Below, piece by piece: positions 27,801 through 36,526 of a stretch of 64,000 nt of DNA (positions within the stretch are counted from its first letter, which is position 1; the number at the start of each line of letters is the position of its first letter). This stretch comes from a virus. Lineage: Duplodnaviria; Caudoviricetes. The stretch spans positions 3,593 to 67,592 of IMG/VR virus record IMGVR_UViG_2974533383_000001. One strand, given 5' to 3'. The notes beneath the pieces are model-generated. The model saw only the letters and a list, made by a program, of their open reading frames with translations. It was not told the DNA's origin and did not search any database. Both the position numbers and the translations under genes were made by a program.

Positions 27801-30800
27801 GCGCCTCGGGCATCTTCGGGGATGTCTCCGCTGCCATCCTGACCTCGGGCCTGATCAACGCAGACCGGCTGGTGGCGGGGGATATCCGCACCAAGTTCCT
27901 GGCCGCCGGCAAGATCACCGCCGCCGACATGGTGACCAACACGATCACCGCCGCTTCGGGCGTGATCGGCTCCCTGGATATCGGCAAGGTCACCACCGGC
28001 CAGCTGGACGGCATCTACATCAAGAGCCAGACCATCGAGGTTCAGCACCTCAAGGTCACCGACCTGGAGAACTTCGCCCCCTCCTACGCCGAGTCCCCCA
28101 ATGACTGGACCGCTGACGTCGGCTTGAATAACATCGCGACGGCCATTGCGGCTGCCTACGACAAGCGGCGCTGGTCCATGTCCGGCGTCACGGATGGGGT
28201 GGCTAAGCTTGCGCGCGGCCCCTACAAGTCGGTCAAGGCAGGGCAGGAACTTTACGCCGAGGGCACCATCTACCGGATGGGTCCGACGACCAATGCCATC
28301 AACCTGCGCTGGTACTTCTATGACGCCAACAAGCTCTACATGACCTCGATTTCCAAGACCCTGGACGGCGTCACCAACACCCCGCAGGATTCCGCCAACG
28401 GCTTCACCCAGAAGGCCATTGCGGTGGTCCCCGATGGGGCCATGTACGCCCGGCTTTGCCTGGTCATGACCAATGCCGACGGCTCCGACATCGGCATGTA
28501 CAACATCATGGGGCGGCGGCGGAACAACGCCGACCTGATCGTGGACGGCTCCATCGTCTCCGAAAAGGTGGCCACCAATGCCATCGTGGCCAAGCACATC
28601 GTGGTCGGCGACTTCGCCAACATCGCGCTGGGCTCGGATTTCGAGGTGCTGGCTGACGTGCCATGGACACTGGCTTCGAACCACACCATCTCCACCACCC
28701 AGAAGAAGTTTGGAACCTCCTCGCTGCGCCTGGCCGGGCTGCCTGGATCAGCGCAGTCCTCGCTCAAGGCCGACACCAGGGTCAAGGAGGGGGAGGAGTG
28801 GCAGGTCGATTACTGGGCCTATATCGACACCGCCTTCGACGGCACCACCGGCAACTCGAAGATCAGGCTTGGCGACCAGGGGAACACGGCGCTCAAGCAC
28901 ATCCCCTTTGCCGCAATCCCACGCAACTCCTGGCAAAAGGTCACCGACTCGCTGGTCATCCCTGCCGGGGTAACCTCGCTGACGGTCCAGCTATGGAACG
29001 ACAACACCAACGGCTTCGCCTACATCGACAACATCAACATCCGGCGCAAGTCTGAGGCCTCCCTGATCCGGAACCTCGGTGTCGAGCAACTGACCGCCTC
29101 CACCGCTGGAATCGACCAGGCTGTCATCGACAAGCTCTGGGCCGACGTGGTGAACTCCCGCAAGATCACCGCCGAGATGCTGGTGGTGACCGGCGAGAAC
29201 CTGATGTCGAACAGCTACGGCCAGTTCGGCAACAACAAGGACTGGTCGGACTGGACGTGGGATGGGGCTGACAAGCCCAACGATGGCCGCGTCACCGGCT
29301 CTTTCTACATCACCGGCGGCACCGCTGGCCCGTTGACCAAGACCCTGGCGAACAACCAGCCAGCCATGCCTGTCACCGGCGATAGCTGGTACGTGTTCGA
29401 GGGGTACATCAAGGCCAACGTCGCCAACTCGCGGGTATTCATCGAGTTCATGGAGGACAACGGGGTCAACCCCGCCCCCCAGTACGCCTTGGCTTCCTAT
29501 GTGGTGCCGACGACTTGGACCCCCTTCTCGGTGAAGGTCAAGACCAGCGTCGGGCAGAAGTCCATGTACATGCGGATGTTCGGTAACCATGCTGCAGGGT
29601 CCGTGACGACCGCCTTGCAGAAGATCGCTGGCATGCGCTTCCGTCCCGCCGTCGGCTCTGATCTGGTGGTGGATGGCTCGATCCTGGCCAACCACCTCGG
29701 CGTGGATTCAGTCACCGCCACCGCCATCAAGGCACTGGAAATCCAGACCGGCCACTTGGCAGCCAACTCCGTCAAGACCGACAAGCTGGACACCGGCTCC
29801 GTCACGGCCCAGAAGCTTGAAGCCACGCTGGTGCTGGCAACTCGCGTTCTCGCTGGTCCGGCCAACGACACCCACGCGGAGATGAACTCCACCGGCTTCA
29901 AGGTGTTCGCCAAGGATGCGCTGGGCAACGTCAACGAGACAGTCCGGTTGGGGGTGGCGGCAACCAACGACTACTTCGCCGTCACCAACTCCGCCCAGGA
30001 ACTGGTCACCACCATCTCCGACGCTGGCACCATCTCCTCGCGCAAGATGGTCACCGACGAGTTTGTCTACAAAGGCAACGATTTGCAGGTGATCCTCGAC
30101 CGCCAGAGCCAGGGCATCGCGGCGTGGGGGCAGGCGTGGGGCTTCCAGCTGCCGCCGGTCCTCAACAGCCAGGAGCGCGGCATGTACGAGCTGGCGTGGG
30201 CTCCGGTGGGCACGCGCATGTACTCGGTGTCCTGCTCCCCGGTGCTGTACACCCCGACTGGAGGCGTGGCCACAGCGGCTGCCTTGAAGATTCGGTACAC
30301 CACCGACGGCACCCAGCCGACGACGAACTCGCCGATCCTGGCCGAGGACTACAAGCCGATCCTCAGTAACGGCACGTGGACCATGAGCTTCCAGGTCAGC
30401 GACCGCATGATCGGTGGCTTCAACGGCAACTACATCCGCCTGCTGTTCACCATCGCTGCCTCCAACGGCAACGGCCTGACACCGCACCCGGACCAGGGCC
30501 CGACCTTCATGGTCAAGGACCTTGGCCCGGCCTACCCGCAGTCCGGCGTGCTCTCGAACCAGACCAACGGTGGTGGTGGTGGCTCCCGTCCGCCGGTGGT
30601 GACGCGCGATAAGTACTACACCGCCGTCAACCGCCGCTCCTTCTACGAGAACGGCGGAGGCTTCTACAACTACGACACCGGACGCATGTACCAAGGCCCC
30701 TCCCCCGCCGGTATCGGCAAGTTGGCATCCATGGCGTTCTTCCCGGATATGACGGCGGACCTCTCAGGTGCGACCATCAACGACATCCAGGTCTACATCT

Positions 30801-31081
30801 ACTTCGACCACTGGTACAACAACTCCGGAGGCATCGCAAAGATCGGTCTGCACGGTCACACTGGCGCTATGCCTGCGACGTTCAACTGGCAGGGGTGGAT
30901 CATGGACTCCGCTGGATGGCCGAAGCCCGGTGGTCGGTGGCTGAGGATTCCGTCTCAATACTGGGATGGCTTCAAGAGTGGAGCGTACCGAGGCATTACG
31001 CTTGGTATCAACACCGCTGGCTATGAGCACTACGGCATTGCCAATGGAAGCCCGCAATTCTTTGTCCGCTACACCGTGTAA
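24854..31081 (+). CDS. very large tail fibre / receptor-binding protein with FN3-like and repeated carbohydrate-binding-like modules
   Basis: 2075 aa; FN3-like PPQPSRPTV..ISVRWDG; repeated ITA.KL / LIVDG.I linkers each followed by N..F-E-type beta modules. Confidence 0.85.
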   Translation: MERTPRDMQEWMRSIERNLANVKRAASSVPISYYEKTITDITVDRERTPAAPVEITHQTSLYTDGVLARQYGRLMVDFPDVTKATDGTDIPVSTYELWGRDDTSNLLESTTGAVPGAAAPGLTMPGLAATQAFKDAAAASQGQWTLLATSSTSSIRRDGLVPGSIWSFRVRAMGTYTSAPGLFSQVYQAQITKDTTPPPQPSRPTVVAGRGVISVRWDGLSVLGAMPADFSHLIVAASTSSSPEAEVDRFFFGGGVTVLSDFDYYTPVFVRFQAVDLAGNKSPWSEQTVGITTPLVDTDVILSEIDGAKTVIKNVAGEALRDGAIRQNHLADNAVSQEKLADNIISAAKLETTVNDSIAKGIADAATAQGAANAANSAAGTAQTAANNAQAVVDKIIASGTSMVLNGNFESGDADWGTGAYAFTRTSAVTRSGTKVMYLAPSPGNTWPVSNYTNVVPQRSYYLEMWVRRIGSSQISTDDVGFVVQHTTTSGGTSTVIAGIVKAATLNETGLTKISYTYTVPNTIDPYRVRFAPWARASTNGYEVDDFLALDVTESKAAFDAAAAAQSKADLAWDKGVAALTAAGLAQTAADGKATVYYPNTAPAGNGYKAGDIWFRGTDNKVHIWDPAANSGAGGWVAKTDAAIGIAQQAANDAGTAAAAAKKAADDARAITDANANSIGNINTDLAAKAQAIIDANSRIDTVSQTANGKNKITYSVNDASGANTAGDIWFKKSGALIIKQWEGQGGTSWAVRSLDGATLANLDAGTITVGWLSAARIQAGTITADKLVIGHGANMLVDPSFEDDAINTLRIGTSAWTVASNTPDGKYFTFTGTTGAVVDLRLDNNSGQLFTADPKGSYSLTIDTDAAANGMQAFLVVTYADGATASGPFVKTFPGLDGTRKTSAIIWELDKLLNASGSPVRTFRIVVRRPSSVAAAAVSNIFSARFATAMTGELIVDGTITAGKVKTGELTAAHIAANSLTSASGIFGDVSAAILTSGLINADRLVAGDIRTKFLAAGKITAADMVTNTITAASGVIGSLDIGKVTTGQLDGIYIKSQTIEVQHLKVTDLENFAPSYAESPNDWTADVGLNNIATAIAAAYDKRRWSMSGVTDGVAKLARGPYKSVKAGQELYAEGTIYRMGPTTNAINLRWYFYDANKLYMTSISKTLDGVTNTPQDSANGFTQKAIAVVPDGAMYARLCLVMTNADGSDIGMYNIMGRRRNNADLIVDGSIVSEKVATNAIVAKHIVVGDFANIALGSDFEVLADVPWTLASNHTISTTQKKFGTSSLRLAGLPGSAQSSLKADTRVKEGEEWQVDYWAYIDTAFDGTTGNSKIRLGDQGNTALKHIPFAAIPRNSWQKVTDSLVIPAGVTSLTVQLWNDNTNGFAYIDNINIRRKSEASLIRNLGVEQLTASTAGIDQAVIDKLWADVVNSRKITAEMLVVTGENLMSNSYGQFGNNKDWSDWTWDGADKPNDGRVTGSFYITGGTAGPLTKTLANNQPAMPVTGDSWYVFEGYIKANVANSRVFIEFMEDNGVNPAPQYALASYVVPTTWTPFSVKVKTSVGQKSMYMRMFGNHAAGSVTTALQKIAGMRFRPAVGSDLVVDGSILANHLGVDSVTATAIKALEIQTGHLAANSVKTDKLDTGSVTAQKLEATLVLATRVLAGPANDTHAEMNSTGFKVFAKDALGNVNETVRLGVAATNDYFAVTNSAQELVTTISDAGTISSRKMVTDEFVYKGNDLQVILDRQSQGIAAWGQAWGFQLPPVLNSQERGMYELAWAPVGTRMYSVSCSPVLYTPTGGVATAAALKIRYTTDGTQPTTNSPILAEDYKPILSNGTWTMSFQVSDRMIGGFNGNYIRLLFTIAASNGNGLTPHPDQGPTFMVKDLGPAYPQSGVLSNQTNGGGGGSRPPVVTRDKYYTAVNRRSFYENGGGFYNYDTGRMYQGPSPAGIGKLASMAFFPDMTADLSGATINDIQVYIYFDHWYNNSGGIAKIGLHGHTGAMPATFNWQGWIMDSAGWPKPGGRWLRIPSQYWDGFKSGAYRGITLGINTAGYEHYGIANGSPQFFVRYTV

Positions 31082-31096
31082 GGGGAGACAGGTCTC

Positions 31097-31432
31097 ATGT
31101 CTTTGATTAATACAATCCGCGCTCTCGATGATCCGAGGTTCAAATGGCGCGTTCAAGGGGCGATGCTCCTGAATGCGGTAACACTTATCGACGACGAGGA
31201 CCCGAACAAGCAGCGCCATGCACGCGCAATCGTTAACAACCCGCTTCGGGATGCTACGTTTGCCGTCGCCCTTGTCGCTGCAAACCCGGCCATCTCCTCG
31301 AAGGTGACCGTCAATGAGTTCAACACCGTCAACACGGAGGCTGTACTGGACGACGAAATCCAGTACACCGTCAACACCAACTGGGATGCATTGCTTGAGG
31401 AGTTTCTTGGCCCAGCACCGACCCAGCTGTGA
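31097..31432 (+). CDS. hypothetical protein (possible fibre chaperone)
   Basis: RBS AAGGGGAG; 111 aa directly after the fibre gene. Confidence 0.7.
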   Translation: MSLINTIRALDDPRFKWRVQGAMLLNAVTLIDDEDPNKQRHARAIVNNPLRDATFAVALVAANPAISSKVTVNEFNTVNTEAVLDDEIQYTVNTNWDALLEEFLGPAPTQL

Positions 31433-31752
31433 TGTCACGGTTCCCGGGGGAAATCTCCGTCGATGGGATCGCCTTCCCAACCGGGCTGGCAGACATGTCA
31501 GCCGTTGGCCTACTGATCACCCTGGTGGCCTTCTTCATCCTGGCGCTGGTCCGGGGGTGGATCGTCATCAAGCTGCACCACGATGCGCTCCTGGCCCGGG
31601 CGGTGGCGGCAGAGGAGGCCAACAAGCGGCTCTCGGAGAACAACAGCAAGCTCACCATGGCAATCCTCGCGCAGTCCGCCGTCGGGGAAACGATGACCAA
31701 GCTGGTGGACTCGCTGCCAGTTGCGACAGGCTCGGCGGGAGATTCCTCATGA
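31429..31752 (+). CDS. membrane protein (lysis-cluster type)
   Basis: one hydrophobic helix (LLITLVAFFILALVRGWIV) followed by a coiled coil. Confidence 0.7.
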   Translation: MMSRFPGEISVDGIAFPTGLADMSAVGLLITLVAFFILALVRGWIVIKLHHDALLARAVAAEEANKRLSENNSKLTMAILAQSAVGETMTKLVDSLPVATGSAGDSS

Positions 31753-31964
31753 AGCTTTTCAAGAGGCTGCGCGACTTGGCCGAGGGGCACCACGAGGCGA
31801 CCCGGGAAAACCAGCGCGTCATCAAGCAGGCGGAGCGGGAGGGGGAGGTGGCGGACGCCCTCCTCAAGCAAGCAGAGGCCCAGGCAGAGTCGCTTAGGGA
31901 CCGCAACCACCACAACCACTATTCCGAACGACTGACCGAATCTTTCCGGGGGAGGCTGGCATGA
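31749..31964 (+). CDS. small coiled-coil protein (71 aa)
   Basis: ATGA overlap; ends RDRNHHNHYSERLTESFRG, a motif seen in actinophage membrane-gene clusters. Confidence 0.65.
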   Translation: MKLFKRLRDLAEGHHEATRENQRVIKQAEREGEVADALLKQAEAQAESLRDRNHHNHYSERLTESFRGRLA

Positions 31965-32503
31965 GGCAACTACTGCCGTTGAATGCGCTCGTCATCGCGC
32001 TGGTGGGGGCCCTGACCCTCGCCGTCATGATCTATTGGCACGTGTCCACCAAGGGCACGTGGAAGAAGTGGCCGGCGGGCCAGTCACTGATGCTGCTGCT
32101 GGGCATCATCACCGTGATTACCTTCAACGCCGCGGCCAACATCCTGCTCCCGTCCTACTGGGGCAAGATCGAGCTGTACTTCGGGCTCTACGGCCTTCTG
32201 CTGTTCGCCATCGCCTTCATCGGCTGGACGATCCGCAGGGAAATGCGCAGGGGCAAGGCCCGGCTGCGCGAGAAACACCCCAAGAGCGGCCCGGTAACTG
32301 TCATCGTGGCCACCACAAATGAGGAGAACCCCCATGGAATTGAACCCACAACCCCAGGCGCCGGAGGAGACTGGACCGGAGCACCGGGCAGTGCCGGTCC
32401 TCACCCCTACCCGAGCCTTCTGGCGGACGGTGGTCCAGGTGGGGCCAGCGTCAGCACTGGCGCTGCTGGGCTTTCTGCCGCCAGCGATTCAGATAGTGCT
32501 TGA
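31961..32503 (+). CDS. putative holin-like membrane protein
   Basis: three hydrophobic segments, W..WPAGQSLM motif, basic C-terminal segment; the tail overlaps the next gene by 170 nt. Confidence 0.6.
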   Translation: MRQLLPLNALVIALVGALTLAVMIYWHVSTKGTWKKWPAGQSLMLLLGIITVITFNAAANILLPSYWGKIELYFGLYGLLLFAIAFIGWTIRREMRRGKARLREKHPKSGPVTVIVATTNEENPHGIEPTTPGAGGDWTGAPGSAGPHPYPSLLADGGPGGASVSTGAAGLSAASDSDSA

Positions 32504-32678
32504 CGGCTTCGGCCGGCACCTCCCCGGCGAGGTCTACGCCTGGCTCGGCGGCGCGGCGATTGCCATCACGGCAGCCTCCGCTACCATCGCCCGCCTGATG
32601 GCGCTGGCCAAGACCCAGGAACTGCTCAAGAAGCTCTGGCCCAAGCTGGCGGCACAGGAAGTTACGCCGTCCCACTAA
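32334..32678 (+). CDS. putative holin
   Basis: RBS GAGGAG; RAFWRTVVQ motif and two TM segments; last gene before the terminator. Confidence 0.65.
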   Translation: MELNPQPQAPEETGPEHRAVPVLTPTRAFWRTVVQVGPASALALLGFLPPAIQIVLDGFGRHLPGEVYAWLGGAAIAITAASATIARLMALAKTQELLKKLWPKLAAQEVTPSH

Positions 32679-32710
32679 ACCCCCGAAGGACCTGTCTCCC
32701 TTTCGGGCAC

Positions 32711-32751
32711 AAAAAAGCCCCCCACCTCCAGAAGGAAGTGGGGGGCTTTTT
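32711..32751. terminator. bidirectional intrinsic terminator between the two arms
   Basis: AAAAAA-GCCCCCCAC-loop-GTGGGGGGC-TTTTT. Confidence 0.9.
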
Positions 32752-32815
32752 GGCTCCCGGGGGGTTTGGGTGCTTCACCACCCTAGCAGGGTCGGGCACC
32801 CGACCCAATAGATGT

Positions 32816-33247
32816 TTACAAATACGTCGGCTTCGGTGGACGCTCCCAAGGATCGAGCGGCGTTAGTTTCACGTGGAACGCAAAGTAGCCCTCGCGTCCG
32901 GACGGCCACCCACTCCACTCGATGAATGGCCCGGAGAAGAACTTGTCCGAGTCATCCTGCAGGAATCCCGCTTTGGGATCCCGCTTTCCGGAGGGGGAGG
33001 TCATGCCATCCACGTAAGCCTTCATGGTTGCCTGCAGGTTCGCCGCATCCATGTAGATGCGCGGAGGATAGGACACCGTGACGTCCATCCGCACGCGCTG
33101 GTGCCGGCCGATCTTGCGGAACTGCGCCCCACCCAGGGCTTTCAGGGCCGTCTTGGCTGCCTTGAACTCCTTGTCGTGGTGGTGCTTGCGGTCATTGTTG
33201 GTCAGGATATTGGCCCGGTGAATCCACATCACCCACTCGATCACCAC
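32816..33247 (-). CDS. RusA-like Holliday junction resolvase
   Basis: MDAANLQATMKAYVDGM...FLQDDS fits the RusA D..N..K...D....DD pattern. Confidence 0.8.
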   Translation of the reverse strand: MVIEWVMWIHRANILTNNDRKHHHDKEFKAAKTALKALGGAQFRKIGRHQRVRMDVTVSYPPRIYMDAANLQATMKAYVDGMTSPSGKRDPKAGFLQDDSDKFFSGPFIEWSGWPSGREGYFAFHVKLTPLDPWERPPKPTYL

Positions 33248-33342
33248 AGGTGCTTGTTCCTCTCGATTTCCTTCTTGTTCGGCTTTACCGCCACGAAGTT
33301 CCAGATGTACCAGCGCCAGAACCTAGCGCGTAGACGCTTCAT
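33241..33342 (-). CDS. 33-aa basic/Trp-rich micro-protein
   Basis: RBS GGGGAG; MKRLRARFWRWYIWNFVAVKPNKKEIERNKHLW; fills the gap between coupled genes. Confidence 0.5.
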   Translation of the reverse strand: MKRLRARFWRWYIWNFVAVKPNKKEIERNKHLW

Positions 33343-33541
33343 ACAGCTCCCCCTCTGCATACTTGAAGATGACCGGCTCGGACGGGATGATCCGAATGTC
33401 GGTGCAGCCTGGTCGCCAGCGCCCCTCCGGAGTCCTCCGGGCCTTGGAAATCCACGCTGCCTTGCGCTCGGCGTCGGCGCGGGAGAGGGCATCCTGGACG
33501 ACGGCGGTGCTGTCCTCCCTCCTGCCGGTGACGCGGTACAT
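33323..33541 (-). CDS. hypothetical protein (72 aa)
   Basis: RBS GAGGA; MYRVTGRRED... Confidence 0.6.
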   Translation of the reverse strand: MYRVTGRREDSTAVVQDALSRADAERKAAWISKARRTPEGRWRPGCTDIRIIPSEPVIFKYAEGELYEASTR

Positions 33542-33554
33542 GATCCTCGGTTCC

Positions 33555-34004
33555 TCAGCCACGGAGCCCCACCAGATATCCAGCAAGGAACCGCGCCATG
33601 TTTGGCAGGTCCAGATGCCCATCGACGCCCACCTTGCCATCCTCCAGGTCGGCGTAGATGGAGAAGCCGGAGTGGTTATCTTCATCGCCGAAGTACTCCT
33701 CCAGGCCCTGGCGGAGGTGGCCTTGGAACTCGGCAAGGTGCGCCGCCTGGTCGAACTCCGGGGCACCCAGCGGAGCCTCGCCGAAGTGCTCCCGGATAGC
33801 ATCCGGAGCGTCCCGGATGAACACCCGTTGGGAGCAAGCAATCAGGTTCGCCGCGTGCTGCTCTTTCGCCAGCGCCAGCGTGGCATGCGCCTGGGCCAGC
33901 GCGATGGAGGAGGTGGAAAGCTGCAGGGTCCGCTTGCTCCCATCTGGGTTCGTCATGACGGGGTTGGTCAGCAGGAACTCGGCCCGCTCGATGTGGCTGG
34001 TCAC
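33555..34004 (-). CDS. hypothetical protein (149 aa)
   Basis: GTG start overlaps the upstream stop; MTSHIERAEFLL... Confidence 0.7.
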   Translation of the reverse strand: MTSHIERAEFLLTNPVMTNPDGSKRTLQLSTSSIALAQAHATLALAKEQHAANLIACSQRVFIRDAPDAIREHFGEAPLGAPEFDQAAHLAEFQGHLRQGLEEYFGDEDNHSGFSIYADLEDGKVGVDGHLDLPNMARFLAGYLVGLRG

Positions 34005-34210
34005 AGGTCGTCTCCGTCGATGATGGTGTCGCCGACGTTGGGCAGGAACGCCTGGTCGTCGCACTTGTTGCAGATCAGGGTCATGTCGCCGAGCATGTCG
34101 AGGTCGATGGTTACCGTCCCGTCCTCTCCGGACTGGGTGAGGTCGTGGGTTACGGAGACCATCTCGCCGCCGCAGTCACACTCGGTCTTGTAGATGATTC
34201 GCAGCGCCAT
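34001..34210 (-). CDS. small Zn-ribbon-like protein (69 aa)
   Basis: RBS AAGGAGG; CDC...CNKC. Confidence 0.7.
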   Translation of the reverse strand: MALRIIYKTECDCGGEMVSVTHDLTQSGEDGTVTIDLDMLGDMTLICNKCDDQAFLPNVGDTIIDGDDL

Positions 34211-34212
34211 GG

Positions 34213-34749
34213 TTAGACCTCCTTCGGGGATAGGTCGAACGGTGCCCACATGGTCACCATGTAGTCGGCGAACTTTTGCAGCCAGGCGCGAACGGCGGGC
34301 TCGTCCTCACGGGTCACCTTGATCTGGGTGGTGGCCATGATCCCCTTGCGCGGCATCATCCAGAACAGCTCCAGAACCTCGCCGGGGAGGGTGAAGTTGG
34401 GGTTCTCCTCCAGCTCGTACTTGTAGTCGTCCGGATTGGGGGTCTGCCAGTCCCAGCGGTAGCACCAGTTCATGTCGATGTCCGCGTTGTAGAACGACTC
34501 CCCCTCCGCGAAGTCCTTCCAGGATTCGAAGCGGTGGTGGTAGTCGGCCTCCTTGGCAGGGGAAGCCCAGTAGCTGCCCTCGGGGCCATAGTAGGGGTGG
34601 TCGGATTCGAACAGCGGGACGGGGGTGGGTCGGGCAACCGACCCTGCAGCCTTCACCGCCACCTCGATGTCGCTGTAGGTCAACTCGATCCCAAGCCCGT
34701 CCAGCGCAGTGCGCACGGCCTCAACCTGGGCATTGAAGTTACTGGTCAT
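34213..34749 (-). CDS. hypothetical protein (178 aa)
   Basis: RBS AAGGAAAG; FESDHPYY, WCYRWDW, ELFWMMPRKG aromatic motifs. Confidence 0.75.
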   Translation of the reverse strand: MTSNFNAQVEAVRTALDGLGIELTYSDIEVAVKAAGSVARPTPVPLFESDHPYYGPEGSYWASPAKEADYHHRFESWKDFAEGESFYNADIDMNWCYRWDWQTPNPDDYKYELEENPNFTLPGEVLELFWMMPRKGIMATTQIKVTREDEPAVRAWLQKFADYMVTMWAPFDLSPKEV

Positions 34750-34963
34750 CGTTCTTTCCTTTGCAGTCTTGGGGTTGGTGGGATTGGCGGATGGTCCTGC
34801 CGGCGGTCCATGGATGCTGGATGCATTCGGGGTCAATCTTCGCGGCATCGACCAGCCCGCAGGGGGCCTTGCCGCAAGGGCAGTGGTCCTCAAGGAGTGT
34901 GCCCTTGAAGCTCCGCCCGATGTGCTGGTTCCACTCGACGTTAGTCATCGTCCTGATCCTCAT
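34739..34963 (-). CDS. small Cys/His-rich protein
   Basis: HCPCGKAPCG..C..H..H..C; start uncertain. Confidence 0.6.
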   Translation of the reverse strand: MRIRTMTNVEWNQHIGRSFKGTLLEDHCPCGKAPCGLVDAAKIDPECIQHPWTAGRTIRQSHQPQDCKGKNDDQ

Positions 34964-35372
34964 GTTCGGAGCAGCGCTCGTCCTCGTAATCGACTTCGTT
35001 CTCGCAGTACTCGGCAGGTTCCGGATCCTCGTACATCCGCGCTGGTCGGATCAGCGCATCGCAGAGGTGGACCTCATGGGGAATCCACTCCCCCGCCGCG
35101 TCCGAGCACTCCCGGCAGAAGGTACCCATGGGGTTCAGGTAGCAGAGGTCGGCATGGTCGCCGTTGAGCCCTTCACCGCCAGCATGGTTGGCCTCCCACC
35201 ACTCCATGGCTGCCTCGTACTCGATGGTGTTCTTGCACTTGACCAGCTGGTTGTAGCAGGAGGAGTGGGGGCGGACGGGGTCCTCGTCGCACTCCCAGTA
35301 CTTGTTGTCATCGTCGGGGTTGGCGTGGGTGCATTCCCCGTAAACCTTCATGTCGGTCTCGTGGGACGTCAC
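34941..35372 (-). CDS. Cys/His-rich acidic protein (143 aa)
   Basis: about ten Cys; coupled GTGA start. Confidence 0.65.
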   Translation of the reverse strand: MTSHETDMKVYGECTHANPDDDNKYWECDEDPVRPHSSCYNQLVKCKNTIEYEAAMEWWEANHAGGEGLNGDHADLCYLNPMGTFCRECSDAAGEWIPHEVHLCDALIRPARMYEDPEPAEYCENEVDYEDERCSEHEDQDDD

Positions 35373-35713
35373 AGCTTCACCCCCCGGAATCCCTTGATGA
35401 TCTTCTGGGCCTTCAAGGATTGAGCCCGGTCCTCGATCACAATGTCATCAAGGGGGATGTCGGACGCGGACAATGCATCGGCAAACGTCTGGACATAGCC
35501 CGTGCTGCCCTCGACCCGGCCCAGCACATCGACATGCGTCAGGGCGAGGTAGTCGGTGTCGCCCCGGCGTCCGGCGTCGTACTGCTGGACGCGGACGCAG
35601 TCTGTCCCACCGAACTCCACCACCCCCTCGGAGATGACGACAGCGATGTAGCTCCGGCCCTGGCGGGTGCCGGGGTAGCACCGGACGATGTTGTCTTTCT
35701 TGTGTTCACTCAT
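35369..35713 (-). CDS. hypothetical protein
   Basis: RBS AAGGAAGG; 114 aa. Confidence 0.7.
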   Translation of the reverse strand: MSEHKKDNIVRCYPGTRQGRSYIAVVISEGVVEFGGTDCVRVQQYDAGRRGDTDYLALTHVDVLGRVEGSTGYVQTFADALSASDIPLDDIVIEDRAQSLKAQKIIKGFRGVKL

Positions 35714-35715
35714 GG

Positions 35716-36240
35716 CTACTGGCCTTCCTTCTCTGCCATTGCGGTAATCTCTGCCAGCGCGGCGGTGGCGGCTGCCAGTATGTCCACATGCCCGTCAATC
35801 AGAACATCCGTGATGGTCTCCGGGCGGACGTAGGGGGAATCTGCGGCATCGCGCTGGCTCTGCTGGACCAGATGCTTCAAGAGAGTATTGGCCAACACTG
35901 ACTCCTTGGACTGTGGAGGCTGTGGCTTCTGTGCCTTCTCAAGGTGTCGGGCCAGAGCCATCGCGTTGAGCGCATGGTTCCACAGCCAGTTCGGATTGTC
36001 CCCATGCGCGGCGGTGCATTCCTCTGGGCCGGACCCGGCGCCAAGGTGTTGGATTGCCCCCTCCCCCCGGTCAAAAATCTCGATGGAGTCAACCTCCTCC
36101 TCGATGTTGAAGAACAGGAACTTGGACTGCAGCTCCTGGTCGAGGTCGATGGCATGAGACTGCGCCTGGTCGGGATCGAGCTTGTCATCGAAGCCGTTGG
36201 CGAAGTGGTCGAGTATGGAATCAAAGGGCATGTCAGCCAT
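35716..36240 (-). CDS. hypothetical protein (174 aa)
   Basis: RBS GGAG upstream of ATG 36240. Confidence 0.7.
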   Translation of the reverse strand: MADMPFDSILDHFANGFDDKLDPDQAQSHAIDLDQELQSKFLFFNIEEEVDSIEIFDRGEGAIQHLGAGSGPEECTAAHGDNPNWLWNHALNAMALARHLEKAQKPQPPQSKESVLANTLLKHLVQQSQRDAADSPYVRPETITDVLIDGHVDILAAATAALAEITAMAEKEGQ

Positions 36241-36300
36241 AATGGAATCTCCAATCAAATTTGTAGTTCTTTGAGGTAAGCAACTCTTTGGGTTTGGAAT

Positions 36301-36338
36301 GAAAGGCCGGGCGGGAATAGTACACCGCCCGGCCTTTC
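36301..36338 (-). terminator. intrinsic terminator-like hairpin
   Basis: 14-bp stem GAAAGGCCGGGCGG / CCGCCCGGCCTTTC; TTTCATT at the 3' base on the minus strand. Confidence 0.7.
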
Positions 36339-36349
36339 GCTTGCCCGGG

Positions 36350-36526
36350 CTATTCCTCGTGTACGGGCGACACTGTCATCACAACGACGGCACCCTCCCC
36401 GTACTCACTCATGATGTAGGGAATGGCAACCTCCCCCACATCCGCCGCCAATCCTTCGGCCGTGTAGGCGCGGGGGTGCTGAGTCTCTACGGTCAGCTCG
36501 ACCAGCGCCTTGACGGTGACCCTCAC
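36350..36526 (-). CDS. 58-aa hypothetical protein (not in the ORF track)
   Basis: GTG overlaps the upstream TGA; MRVTVKALVELTVETQHPRAYTAEGLAADVGEVAIPYIMSEYGEGAVVVMTVSPVHEE. Confidence 0.6.
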   Translation of the reverse strand: MRVTVKALVELTVETQHPRAYTAEGLAADVGEVAIPYIMSEYGEGAVVVMTVSPVHEE

